DNA of 32,000 bases from Mycobacterium shinjukuense (GCF_010730055.1 NZ_AP022575.1:1395640-1427639), one strand, 5' to 3'; shown: positions 7,173 to 15,279, counted from the first letter of the stretch. Notes: a model not told the origin generated them from the letters alone. Made by a program: numbers and translations.

Positions 7173-7590
7173 TCAAAGGTTCATGGACGAGGAAAATCCG
7201 GTGTGATTTAGCACTGCCCAAGTCTTCACAACCGATACGGTGTGTGTCGCACGCTTGGGTAGGCGGCCCCCTTATCTGTGTTGGGGACCCCCGAAAAGGT
7301 GGATCCGGGTTGGTCGTTGTTGTTTGGCCCGTGCTCCCCGCTCCGTGTTGAGGGGCGGTGGACCGCAGTCGGGGTCGAGGTGGAGCGCCCGCAGCGCAGC
7401 GAGGACGAACGACCTCGAGGCCGACGAGGATCCGCCGCATACTGGGTCGGCGCGGAGCGAGGCAAAGACGTTGCGGTTCAAATCATGTGACGCCTCCGTA
7501 AGTGCTGAGGGGTCGAAGACAGCAAGCGTGGCGTGCCGGCGCCCAGCCTTATCTGGGTCCACGGACGACGGTCCGGCGAGATGATGATGG

Positions 7591-7992
7591 ATGGGGTGCC
7601 CGGCGTGCGGGCTGGTGATGGAGGGGTATAAGGTACGTGTGGGAACGGATGGCTCCGTCTCGTCGTACCTCGTTGCCCATTACCGGGAGTGGTCGCAATC
7701 GGCCGATCACGCTGTCCGCACCAACGTGAGCCAGAAGGTCCGCGCGCTCGGGTTGATCGTTCAGTTAACTGCAGTCACATTCCTCGCGGCTTCGCTCGGG
7801 CTCGAGCTTTACAGCTCGAAGGCGACTCCTACCGGCTACGTGACCACCAAGCCGCCGCTGACAGCCTCCGCCGCGCCGCAGCAGCCGCCCGAGAACCGCT
7901 ACGCTGATCCCTGCCCTCGGATGGGGAACTTCGGTGAGCACATCTGGGGAATTTCGACGAGCGTCATCAGCGGTGGCAGCGAGGCCCTCTAG
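7591..7992 (+). CDS. Hypothetical protein, N-terminal CPAC pair plus one predicted TM helix
   Basis: 133-aa ORF with moderately GC-rich third positions. Hydrophobic segment ALGLIVQLTAVTFLAASLGLELY. I recognise no family. Its stop overlaps the convergent CBM2 gene by 4 nt. Confidence 0.35.
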   Translation: MGCPACGLVMEGYKVRVGTDGSVSSYLVAHYREWSQSADHAVRTNVSQKVRALGLIVQLTAVTFLAASLGLELYSSKATPTGYVTTKPPLTASAAPQQPPENRYADPCPRMGNFGEHIWGISTSVISGGSEAL

Positions 7993-8417
7993 GTGCAGAA
8001 ATATTGCCCGTTGAGCAGACAATTCTGGGGTGGCGAGTAGGAACCGGTCAGCACGCCCCTGAAGCCGCCCGTGGCTGAACCACCGGGTGCAATGATGCGA
8101 TTCCAATTCGCGGGGGTGAGAACATAGTGCGTGCCAGAATGCGCAAGGGTGCTGTTCCACGTGTGCGAGACGGATTCGCCTACCGGCAAGTCGAATTCAA
8201 GCTTCCAGTCGGTTAGCGGCACCGTGCTCAAGTTTGTGATGGTGAAGTGGGCGATGAAACCGGTCTGCCACGTCGATGTCACCGACAACGTCGCCGTGGC
8301 CGCAGCCGCATGAGCTACGGGGGTGATGGCGAGTCCGAGGATGGCAGCTAGCAATGCCGACACGGTTGCGTGAAGCGCTGTCCGCCAGCGCTTCACGCAA
8401 TTGTTCAGTCCGGCCAT
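7989..8417 (-). CDS. Secreted carbohydrate-binding module family 2 (CBM2) protein, Rv1987-like
   Basis: From ATG 8417: MAGLNNCVKRWRTALHATVSALLAAILGLAITPVAHA is a signal peptide. It is followed by ATLSVTSTWQTGFIAHFTITN...W.LEFDL...V.HTWNS...NGQYFC, which is the CBM2 pattern (W.GF...V.V.N, conserved Trp, terminal Cys). Confidence 0.75.
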   Translation of the reverse strand: MAGLNNCVKRWRTALHATVSALLAAILGLAITPVAHAAAATATLSVTSTWQTGFIAHFTITNLSTVPLTDWKLEFDLPVGESVSHTWNSTLAHSGTHYVLTPANWNRIIAPGGSATGGFRGVLTGSYSPPQNCLLNGQYFCT

Positions 8418-8707
8418 AGTGGCCAACACTAAAGCCACACGGGCGCTATCGGCCGCCCCTTCGCAAGCAAGCTGCAGTAACTTTGCTCAACCGAAACCGT
8501 CATGACATTTTGGCCACGATCCACCCTGAACCATGGATCGGCCTGGCTGGCGCGGCCGGCCGGTTGGGCGGGAGCCCGGCGGAATCGAATATGGCGGGTT
8601 ACCAGTAAAAGACTGCAATGACGACGCCTTCGTCAGCTACCGCGCCAACTACCGCGCCCGGAGTCGAATGTTCCGACACGGCGTTTCTTCGCGTGGTTCG
8701 GCGGGAC

Positions 8708-9091
8708 TCAGGTTTGGACTGGCACGCTGCGTTTGCGTGCCGCGACAGCGAGCGCGTCGTCAAAGGTGGCGAGGCTTGCCTGGTAATGAATTGCGACGTC
8801 CAGGACGCAGCAATCAGGCAGCTTTAGCTCGCTGCTGGCGCGTAGTTCGGCGAGACGCAGCGGCTCGCCATCGTCGTGCGGGGCAACGACGATGCCGGCG
8901 GAACGCAGATCGTGGAGCATCGATGCTCCCTGCCCCACGCGGACGCCACCGACGAGGACCTCCGCCAGGGTGATGGTGTGCACCAGCATCTGTCCAGGTG
9001 TGCCGGCAAGCAGAATCGCGGTAGCCGCCTCATGATGAGGGTCGCCGGGGTTCAAATGCGCGATCAGCACGCTCGCGTCCAGCGCGATCAC
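8708..9091 (-). CDS. vapC: PIN-domain toxin VapC
   Basis: (M)IALDASVLIAHLNPGDPHH... ..LPDCCVLDVAI.. ..LATFDDAL.. There is a 4-nt overlap with the upstream antitoxin. Confidence 0.85.
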   Translation of the reverse strand: MIALDASVLIAHLNPGDPHHEAATAILLAGTPGQMLVHTITLAEVLVGGVRVGQGASMLHDLRSAGIVVAPHDDGEPLRLAELRASSELKLPDCCVLDVAIHYQASLATFDDALAVAARKRSVPVQT

Positions 9092-9351
9092 GTGGGCCAG
9101 TCCGCCCGAAGCTCGGCCAGATAGTCAGGCCCAAACGCCTCAGGGTAGCGGCCACTGCTTGCCAACACGGCGGCACGGTGTGCCCCGTCCTCCGCGCGCT
9201 CATCGCGCTCGAGGATGCCGCCGCCCACCTCGATCAGGCGTCGCAATAGCGTGGAACGGGGCTCGCCGGGCCATCGCTTGGCGGCCCGGTCCAACGCCTG
9301 AGCTACCTCTGGGGTTTCGGTTACTTGGTAGCGGGGACGGGTGGTCGGCAT
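9088..9351 (-). CDS. vapB: Putative VapB antitoxin
   Basis: MPTTRPRYQVTETPEVAQALDRAAKRWPGEPRSTLLRRLIEVG... is a small ORF translationally coupled to the PIN gene. The start is ATG 9351 or 9357. The longer track start at 9387 would cover the operator repeat. Confidence 0.65.
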   Translation of the reverse strand: MPTTRPRYQVTETPEVAQALDRAAKRWPGEPRSTLLRRLIEVGGGILERDERAEDGAHRAAVLASSGRYPEAFGPDYLAELRADWPT

Positions 9352-9359
9352 CCACATAA

Positions 9360-9387
9360 GTGTACCACTTTTCGCCGGGTGGTACAC
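9360..9387. promoter_or_regulatory. Inverted repeat GTGTACCAC N10 GTGGTACAC (vapB operator candidate)
   Basis: Perfect 9-bp arms, starting 3-9 nt upstream of the minus-strand vapB start, inside the 90-bp divergent vapBC/mazEF intergenic region. Confidence 0.55.
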
Positions 9388-9402
9388 CTACTTACTTCCT
9401 CG

Positions 9403-9441
9403 GCCACGTACGCGTGGCACATCGGTGGCATAGTTGTGGCA
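9403..9441 (+). promoter_or_regulatory. mazE operator candidate: GCCACG tacg CGTGGC plus GTGGCA x3 at 11-bp phasing
   Basis: GTGGCA at 9414-9419, 9425-9430 and 9436-9441. The last copy ends on the A of the mazE ATG (9441). Inverted repeat GCCACG/CGTGGC at 9403-9418. Confidence 0.5.
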
Positions 9442-9686
9442 TGAACCGCATGAACCGCATACGGTTGAGCACCACGGTTGACGCCACGCTATTGCGCAGT
9501 GCGCGCGGCCTGCGGGTAGGCATCACTGACGCCGCCCTCATCGATGAGGCTCTCGGTGCCTTGCTCGCTCGTTATCGGTCGGCCGAGGTGGACGCGAGCT
9601 ACGCCGCCTACGACGAGCATCCGGCGGATGAGCCCGATGAGTGGGGCGATCTAGCATCGTGGCGGCGAGCCGCTGGGGCCTCGTGA
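9441..9686 (+). CDS. mazE: MazE-like antitoxin
   Basis: [42 protein letters not shown]... with an acidic Trp-containing tail (..[12 protein letters not shown]..) as in mycobacterial MazE proteins. Its stop overlaps the toxin start (GTGA at 9683-9686). Confidence 0.7.
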   Translation: MNRMNRIRLSTTVDATLLRSARGLRVGITDAALIDEALGALLARYRSAEVDASYAAYDEHPADEPDEWGDLASWRRAAGAS

Positions 9687-10012
9687 GCGCACTGCCGGCA
9701 CGCGGAGAGGTGTGGTGGTGTGAGATTGCCGAGATAGGTCGACGCCCGGTTGTGGTGCTGTCGCGTGATGCGGCGATCCCTCGGCTACGACGCGCGCTCG
9801 TCGCTCCGTGCACCACGACCATCCGAGGGCTGGCAAGCGAGGTTCTTCTTGAACCTGAGGTCGATCCGATCCCGCGGCGTTCGGCGGTGAATCTGGACTC
9901 GGTGGAAAGTGTCTCGATCGCAGTGTTGGTCGGACGGCTGGGTCGCCTCGCCGACACCCGGATGCGCGCGATCTGCGCGGCCCTTGCGGTTGCAGTCGAC
10001 TGCACTGGCTGA
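9683..10012 (+). CDS. mazF: MazF/PemK-family endoribonuclease toxin
   Basis: [54 protein letters not shown]... shows the MazF pattern (RGE.W......RPV.VLSRD ... APCTTT.RGL.SEV), as in several Mtb MazF paralogues. Confidence 0.85.
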   Translation: MSALPARGEVWWCEIAEIGRRPVVVLSRDAAIPRLRRALVAPCTTTIRGLASEVLLEPEVDPIPRRSAVNLDSVESVSIAVLVGRLGRLADTRMRAICAALAVAVDCTG

Positions 10013-10071
10013 GGTCCTCGCACGCGATCAGTTCATCGGCCGAATTCGTCGCGCCGACGTATCGGTGCCAC

Positions 10072-11880
10072 TCAACCTCGCGGGGTCAACAGGCGCACGA
10101 AACCGACGGGTGCGGCGAAGCCCTTGAGCGTGACCGTCTCTCGGCGCTGGGGCACCTCGGCCACGATCTGCTGGACCGCGGGATCGGCGGCCACGGCGTG
10201 CGACAGCACGATGTCGTCGCCTGCACTTTGGCCCTGCAGACGCGCGGCCATGTTCACCGTCGAGCCGAAGTAGTCCAGACGGTCGTTCAGCGTCACGACC
10301 ACGCTAGGGCCGGCATGCACGCCTACCTTCAGCACCAGGTCGCTTCCGGAATGCGCCGACGCGGCGATGCCTGCCTGCATGGCGAGCGCCGCGCGGACCG
10401 CTTGCGCCGGATCGGTGAATGCGGCCATGACGGCGTCACCGATGGTCTTGACCACCGCGCCGTCATGGTCTCGCACGATCGCCGCAAGCAGCGTGAAATG
10501 CTCGCGCACCAGGTTATAGGCGGTGGCATCGCCGACGCGTTCGTAGAGTGCGGTCGACCCCCGCAGGTCGGTGAACAGCAGCGCGACCTGGCTGACCCCG
10601 GCATCGTCGCCCGGCCGCAGCGTCGCCTCGGCGAACAAATCGCGAAAGGCCTGCAGCGAGATCGCTTCGGGCGCCGTCAGCGCGCCGCGCACCCAGGTTC
10701 GCTCCTCGACCAAGGCCGCCAGCTCGAAATCGGCATCGTTGACGAATGTGACGCCTCCCGGCGTGTCTTGCCGATCCGCGACGTTGAGCACCTCGACGCC
10801 CGACCCGGTGATGCGCAGGCCCGGAAACGCCCCGGACTCGTACTCGACGTCGACGAAGCCGCCGGGATGGAGTGTGCGTAGGCGATAGGAGCCTGCGGGA
10901 AGGTCGGCGGCCACGGTGCGCCGCTCCCCCGGACTCAGCAGAACCTGTACCGCCACATGTGGCGTCTCCATCGGACCGGACAGGCAGAAACCGCCGCCCG
11001 GCAGCGGGCGCACCATGGGGGCCGGCGCAAACGTCAGCTCGACGTTGCGCTCGAAGTCGCGATCGTAGTCGATGTTGCACGACGAACAGTGCGCGCCGTG
11101 GGGCAGCTCGGCGAGCGTAGGGACGCTGACCTTGGCTCCGCGGCAGTTGGGGCAGAGCACATCCCACTTCATGCCGAGCAGCCCCGCCCGCACGCCGGCG
11201 AGGCAAGCCTCGGTCACCGCGCGCGCGGGCAGGCCCAAATCGGCGGCCAGCGCCTTGGGTCGGAGACGGGTGAGGTCGCTCGCCATGCCCCGCAGCACAA
11301 GGTTGGCGAGCCACCCGCCGAGCCCGTTACCGTAAGGGCTGCGGTCGATTTCGCGTGCCATCGCCGCGGCCCGCTGGCGCGCACCGTAGGGTAGCTCGGG
11401 CTCAGACAACACGAAAGGTGTCAGGCGCTCGGGTGCGCGGTGGCCGCGAGCAAAGGCGGCCGCCTCGACGATGCGCTTTCCCACCGTCTCGCCCGCCCGG
11501 GTGGCTAGCCGCGCGCCGAAGAGGCGGCCGACCAAGCTCAGCGGCTCCCATTCGAGGGCGTAGGTGACGTGTGAGCCCCCTTCGCCGTCCGGCTCGAGAT
11601 CGAACACCGGGCCGAAGCGGCGGAACGGGCCCTTGGCAAACACCCGCGACTGGCGGAAATGCCGTCCCGAGATCCACTCATACGGCTTTTCCTCCCATTC
11701 CACTGTGAACCCCGCCACCGTGCCCCGGCCGCGGCGCAGGACCGTACCGTTGGCTTGCGGTGTCTCCTCGAGTGTGTAGGGCGGCAGCCCGATCGCCTCG
11801 TTGAACCGGTTGGTATCGGCCAGCACCGGCCACAACTCATCCGGCGGCAGGGCGAATGTCCAGGTCCACGTGCGACGCAT
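10072..11880 (-). CDS. Multidomain class III adenylate cyclase (SRPBCC-like N-domain, four-Cys middle region, C-terminal cyclase)
   Basis: C-terminal motifs: LLFTDLRGSTALYE and VVKTIGDAVMAAF (metal-binding Asp residues, Lys typical of adenine specificity) and YFGSTVNMAARLQ (Asn/Arg). The N-terminus WTFALPPDELWPVLADTNRFNEAIG... looks like a Bet v1/SRPBCC fold. CPNC...CSSC at 11077-11154. The start is ATG 11880, or alternatively TTG 11907. Confidence 0.85.
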   Translation of the reverse strand: MRRTWTWTFALPPDELWPVLADTNRFNEAIGLPPYTLEETPQANGTVLRRGRGTVAGFTVEWEEKPYEWISGRHFRQSRVFAKGPFRRFGPVFDLEPDGEGGSHVTYALEWEPLSLVGRLFGARLATRAGETVGKRIVEAAAFARGHRAPERLTPFVLSEPELPYGARQRAAAMAREIDRSPYGNGLGGWLANLVLRGMASDLTRLRPKALAADLGLPARAVTEACLAGVRAGLLGMKWDVLCPNCRGAKVSVPTLAELPHGAHCSSCNIDYDRDFERNVELTFAPAPMVRPLPGGGFCLSGPMETPHVAVQVLLSPGERRTVAADLPAGSYRLRTLHPGGFVDVEYESGAFPGLRITGSGVEVLNVADRQDTPGGVTFVNDADFELAALVEERTWVRGALTAPEAISLQAFRDLFAEATLRPGDDAGVSQVALLFTDLRGSTALYERVGDATAYNLVREHFTLLAAIVRDHDGAVVKTIGDAVMAAFTDPAQAVRAALAMQAGIAASAHSGSDLVLKVGVHAGPSVVVTLNDRLDYFGSTVNMAARLQGQSAGDDIVLSHAVAADPAVQQIVAEVPQRRETVTLKGFAAPVGFVRLLTPRG

Positions 11881-11935
11881 CGCCTCGAACTCTAGACCGG
11901 TGGGCAAACGCCACGTGTCGCGCCGCCAGGGTGGT

Positions 11936-12922
11936 TTAGCGGGGCCCGTATGTGTGGAGGTAGAGCGTGGGTCCGTCGGGTAGCCGGCCGCTCGCGGCGA
12001 GGTCGAGGAGCGCGGCCATCGCTTTGGCGGTGTAGACGGGCTCGAGGTCGAGGTGCTCGGTGTCGTGCGCGAGTTTCAATGCGCGTGCGCCCCGGCTTGT
12101 CGGGTGGCCGTAGCCCGCGCCGAGCCAGTCGCGCAGCAGGGTCAACCGGTCCGCTGGCAGGTGGCTTTGCGGCAGGATTGCACCGCGGCGTTGCAGCAGG
12201 CGTGCCGCCCGACGGGCGAGACTGGTAACCGATCGGTGATCCAGGCGCAGCTTGTCGTTGACGACGATGCCGATCACCCGGGTGTCGGTGAGTCCGGCAA
12301 GCGCAAGGCCCAGGTATAGGCCGGCGGCCGTGCCGCCCGATCCGACCGCGGTGACGATGCACGATGGTGCCGGGATGGCGCCGGCCCGTATCTGTGCGGC
12401 GAGTTCGAGCGCCGCCTCGACGTACCCGAGGGCCCCCAGCGGGGACGACCCGCCGGCAGGCAGCGGGTAGGGCCGGCGGTGACGCAGGTATAGGTACGGT
12501 GCGGCCACGACCGTGCGCGTTGTGCTGTGAGTGAGATAGATGTCGGCGCCGGATGCGCGGAGGCGTTGGAGCTGGGCCTCGACGTGCTCGTCGACCGGTT
12601 GGTCGATGAGGGCGAGGGCGGTGTGCAGGCCGAACTCCCGGGCGTACAGCGTGGTCGCTAGCCCCCAATTGGTGCCCAGCCCGCCGACGGTCAGGATGGT
12701 GCGTCGGCGTTGGCGCTTGACCTCGGGCAGCAGCCATTCCAGCTTGCGGACTTTGTTGCCCCCCCAACCGCCGTTGCCGTAGGCACCGTCATCTTTCACC
12801 CAAACCGACGCGCAGTTGGGCAGGTGGTCGAGTCGACGCACGGGCGTGGGCCCGCTACCGAGGGCGACGCGTTCGAGTGTGTCGCGCAACGCCGGAAAGC
12901 GCTCGTGGAGGTAGCCGGTCAT
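11936..12922 (-). CDS. PLP-dependent ACC deaminase / D-cysteine desulfhydrase family enzyme
   Basis: 328 aa. GGNKVRKLEWLL (PLP-lysine motif of this family), GGLGTNWG, and a glycine-rich loop AVGSGGTAAG. It is only 28-55 nt upstream of the cyclase gene on the same strand. Confidence 0.8.
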   Translation of the reverse strand: MTGYLHERFPALRDTLERVALGSGPTPVRRLDHLPNCASVWVKDDGAYGNGGWGGNKVRKLEWLLPEVKRQRRRTILTVGGLGTNWGLATTLYAREFGLHTALALIDQPVDEHVEAQLQRLRASGADIYLTHSTTRTVVAAPYLYLRHRRPYPLPAGGSSPLGALGYVEAALELAAQIRAGAIPAPSCIVTAVGSGGTAAGLYLGLALAGLTDTRVIGIVVNDKLRLDHRSVTSLARRAARLLQRRGAILPQSHLPADRLTLLRDWLGAGYGHPTSRGARALKLAHDTEHLDLEPVYTAKAMAALLDLAASGRLPDGPTLYLHTYGPR

Positions 12923-13124
12923 GCGGTGGGGATTGGCGAGGACACGTTGCGGCCGGATTCGGGGGATCGGGCCACCATCGGGAAAAGCGCCGATGGTCCC
13001 CTGCGGGCCGCCTGTGACTTACCTGCGGACATTGGCCCAAACGCATGCACGTCGAGTAATCTAGCGGTTGCGGCTGGTTTGCTGGCGTCATTGAGTGTCG
13101 TCGGCATCGAATGGCGGTTCGACA

Positions 13125-13290
13125 GATTCGTCATGAGAGGGAACCCGGTGTGAATCCGGGACTGTCCCGCAGCGGTATGCAGGAACGACCGCCGTCATCG
13201 GCACTGGTCCACGGCCCTGGGACCGGGAAGCGACGGCCAGTAGGAGCGCCGTTTCGGTGTGTGCCTGTGAGTCCGAAGACCTGCCAGCTG
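13125..13290 (+). promoter_or_regulatory. Cobalamin (B12) riboswitch aptamer
   Basis: Conserved blocks in the correct order: GGGAACCCGGTGTGAATCCGGGACTGTCCCGCAGCGGTA, GCACTGG, GGGACCGGGAAG, and the B12 box GAGTCCGAAGACCTGCC (13269-13285). It sits in the 609-bp divergent intergenic region upstream of the PPE2-like gene. Mtb carries a B12 riboswitch in front of PPE2. Confidence 0.85.
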
Positions 13291-13451
13291 CGCCGGGCGC
13301 GGTGTGTCCGGCGCCCGTCGCCTCGCGGATTGGGCGGATGGCCATGAGCTAGCAGCAGGGCGGCGCCGCTGTGGGGGCGCCGCTGATCGGCTCTAGCGGC
13401 TGAACGTCTCCCAGGGCGACCGGGCATTGCCCGTCGTATCGGAGGACGTTG

Positions 13452-13535
13452 ATGGCACCTCATCGAGCCCTCACCGGGAGCTTCCCGGGCATGCGCCGCG
13501 TCAGCCGGTATCTGTTCGCCGGCAGTGATCGATGA
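13452..13535 (+). CDS. 27-codon upstream ORF in the riboswitch expression platform ([27 protein letters not shown])
   Basis: GGAGGA (13441-13446) lies 5 nt before ATG 13452. The stop TGA at 13533-13535 overlaps the PPE ATG at 13532-13534 (ATGA). The PPE start has no Shine-Dalgarno sequence of its own. Confidence 0.55.
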   Translation: MAPHRALTGSFPGMRRVSRYLFAGSDR

Positions 13536-15256
13536 CCGCCCCGATCTGGTTGGCATCGCCACCGGAGGTGCATTCGGCGCTGCTGATCAGCGGCCCGGGA
13601 GCCGGTCCGTTGCTGGCGTCTGCGGGCCAGTGGAACTCGCTCAGCGTTGCCTACGCCGAGGCGGCCGACGAGTTGTCCGCCCTGTTGAGCGGCGTGCAAC
13701 TCGGAGCCTGGGAAGGTCCGACCTCGGTGACCTACGTGGCTGCCCACGCGCCGTATCTGGCGTGGCTGATGCAGGCCAGCGCCGATTGCGCCGCGATAGC
13801 CAGTCGACTGGAAACCGCGGCCGCCGCCTACACCGCCGCCCTGGCCGCAATGCCGACCTTGGCTGAGCTGGCCGCCAATCACGCCGCGCACGCGGTGTTG
13901 GTGGCAACCAATTTCTTTGGCGTCAACACGATCCCGATTGCGCTCAACGAGGCCGACTACGTGCGGATGTGGATCCAGGCCGCCACCGTGATGACCACCT
14001 ATCAGGCGGTCTCGACCGCGGCGGTGGCCTCCACACCGCAGGCCATCCCGGCCCCCCAGATCATGAAAGCCGACGCGCAGGCAGCCGCGACCGCAGAGTC
14101 GTTGGCGCTACCGCCCGACCGACAAAACCAGTTCCTGCAATGGTTGCAGGATATCGGGTATATCGACTTCTACAACAACGTCATTCAACCATTAATAAAT
14201 TGGCTGGCGAACATCCCTTTCCTGCAAGCGCTGTTTTCCGGATTTGATCCTTACCTGCTCATTCTCGGTAATCCACTTACCTATCTCAGCCCGCTCAACA
14301 TCGCGTTCGCCCTGGGCTACCCGATGGATATCGGTACCTATGTCGCCTTGCTGTCAGAAACCTTCGCCTTTATCGGGGCAGATCTGGCAGCGGCATTCGC
14401 TTCGGGTAATCCCGCGACCATCGGTCTGACCATTCTGTTCACCACCATCGAAGCCATTGGCACGATCATCACCGATACCATCGCGTTGCTAAAGACCCTG
14501 CTGGAGCAGACTGCGGCGCTGCTCACGGTTGTCGTGCCCCTGCTGACCAGCCCGTTGGCGCCGTTGGCCGCCGGCGCTGTGCTGGCGCCGATCGGCGCCA
14601 AGGGCTTGGCGGCGCTGGTGGCCGTGCCGCCACCGGCGCCAGCCGTCACGGCTCCCGTCACGCCGCCGCTCGCGGCCCTGGCCCCGAGCATCCCGACCTC
14701 TCCCCCGTCGCCGGCACCGACACCCGTGGAGGCGACCGCGCCGGCCCCGGCTCCCGGGCCGCCGGCGCCACCGACCAGCGCACCGCCGTCGGTGACCGGC
14801 GCCGGTGTGGGTGTGGGGATGGAGAGCTACGGCTACCTGGTGAGTGGCCTGAACGCGGATGCCAGGAGGTCCGCAAGCGCCCGCGCCCGAAAGAAGGCGC
14901 CGGAACCCGAAAGCACCGAAATCCCGGCCGTCGCGCCGACGCCGCAGCAGCAGGCTCGACCGCGGCGGCGTAGGCGGGAGAAGGTCGGGCAACTGGACCG
15001 CGGCTACGAGTACATGGATTTGGACTCAGAGGACGCGCCCGACTCGAAGGCGGGCTGGGAGCGGGTCACCGCTGCGGCCGCGTCCGACCAGCGCGGGGGA
15101 AGGCTAGGGTTTGCCGGCATCGCCGGCAAGGCCGGTGCCGCACCGGCAGCCGGGTTGATCACGCTGGCCGGCGATGCGTCCGATGACGGCCGGCGCGTGC
15201 CGCTGACGCCGAGCACCTGGGAGGCCGACCCGGCGCCGCCGGCCGACGACAGCTGA
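13532..15256 (+). CDS. PPE2: PPE family protein, PPE2 (Rv0256c) orthologue-like
   Basis: [28 protein letters not shown]... Long blocks are near-identical to Mtb PPE2 as recalled ([33 protein letters not shown].., [37 protein letters not shown]). A Pro-rich region is present. Basic cluster RPRRRRREK at 14957-14983, followed by [10 protein letters not shown]. Confidence 0.9.
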   Translation: MTAPIWLASPPEVHSALLISGPGAGPLLASAGQWNSLSVAYAEAADELSALLSGVQLGAWEGPTSVTYVAAHAPYLAWLMQASADCAAIASRLETAAAAYTAALAAMPTLAELAANHAAHAVLVATNFFGVNTIPIALNEADYVRMWIQAATVMTTYQAVSTAAVASTPQAIPAPQIMKADAQAAATAESLALPPDRQNQFLQWLQDIGYIDFYNNVIQPLINWLANIPFLQALFSGFDPYLLILGNPLTYLSPLNIAFALGYPMDIGTYVALLSETFAFIGADLAAAFASGNPATIGLTILFTTIEAIGTIITDTIALLKTLLEQTAALLTVVVPLLTSPLAPLAAGAVLAPIGAKGLAALVAVPPPAPAVTAPVTPPLAALAPSIPTSPPSPAPTPVEATAPAPAPGPPAPPTSAPPSVTGAGVGVGMESYGYLVSGLNADARRSASARARKKAPEPESTEIPAVAPTPQQQARPRRRRREKVGQLDRGYEYMDLDSEDAPDSKAGWERVTAAAASDQRGGRLGFAGIAGKAGAAPAAGLITLAGDASDDGRRVPLTPSTWEADPAPPADDS

Positions 15257-15279
15257 CGATTGGGCACCTTCGGCCGGCA

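Noticed and set aside
8439-8973. ORF 8533..8973 (+) and the 270-bp gap upstream of the CBM2 gene
   Set aside because: The ORF is largely antisense to the well-supported vapC (8708-9091) and has an Arg-rich composition. I found no convincing repeats or structures in the gap itself.
10072-11880. The idea that the cyclase is a Pycsar/CBASS-type antiphage nucleotide cyclase because it borders a TA cluster
   Set aside because: Its specificity residues look like a canonical adenylate cyclase (Lys in KTIGD). It is a large sensor-fused protein. No adjacent effector with a cNMP-binding, TIR or TM domain is present, and its neighbour is a PLP enzyme.
10198-12767. ORFs overlapping the cyclase and PLP-enzyme genes (10514..11314 -, 10198..10881 +, 11892..12767 -)
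   Set aside because: These are the same high-GC artefact. They have no motifs, and they overlap well-supported genes.
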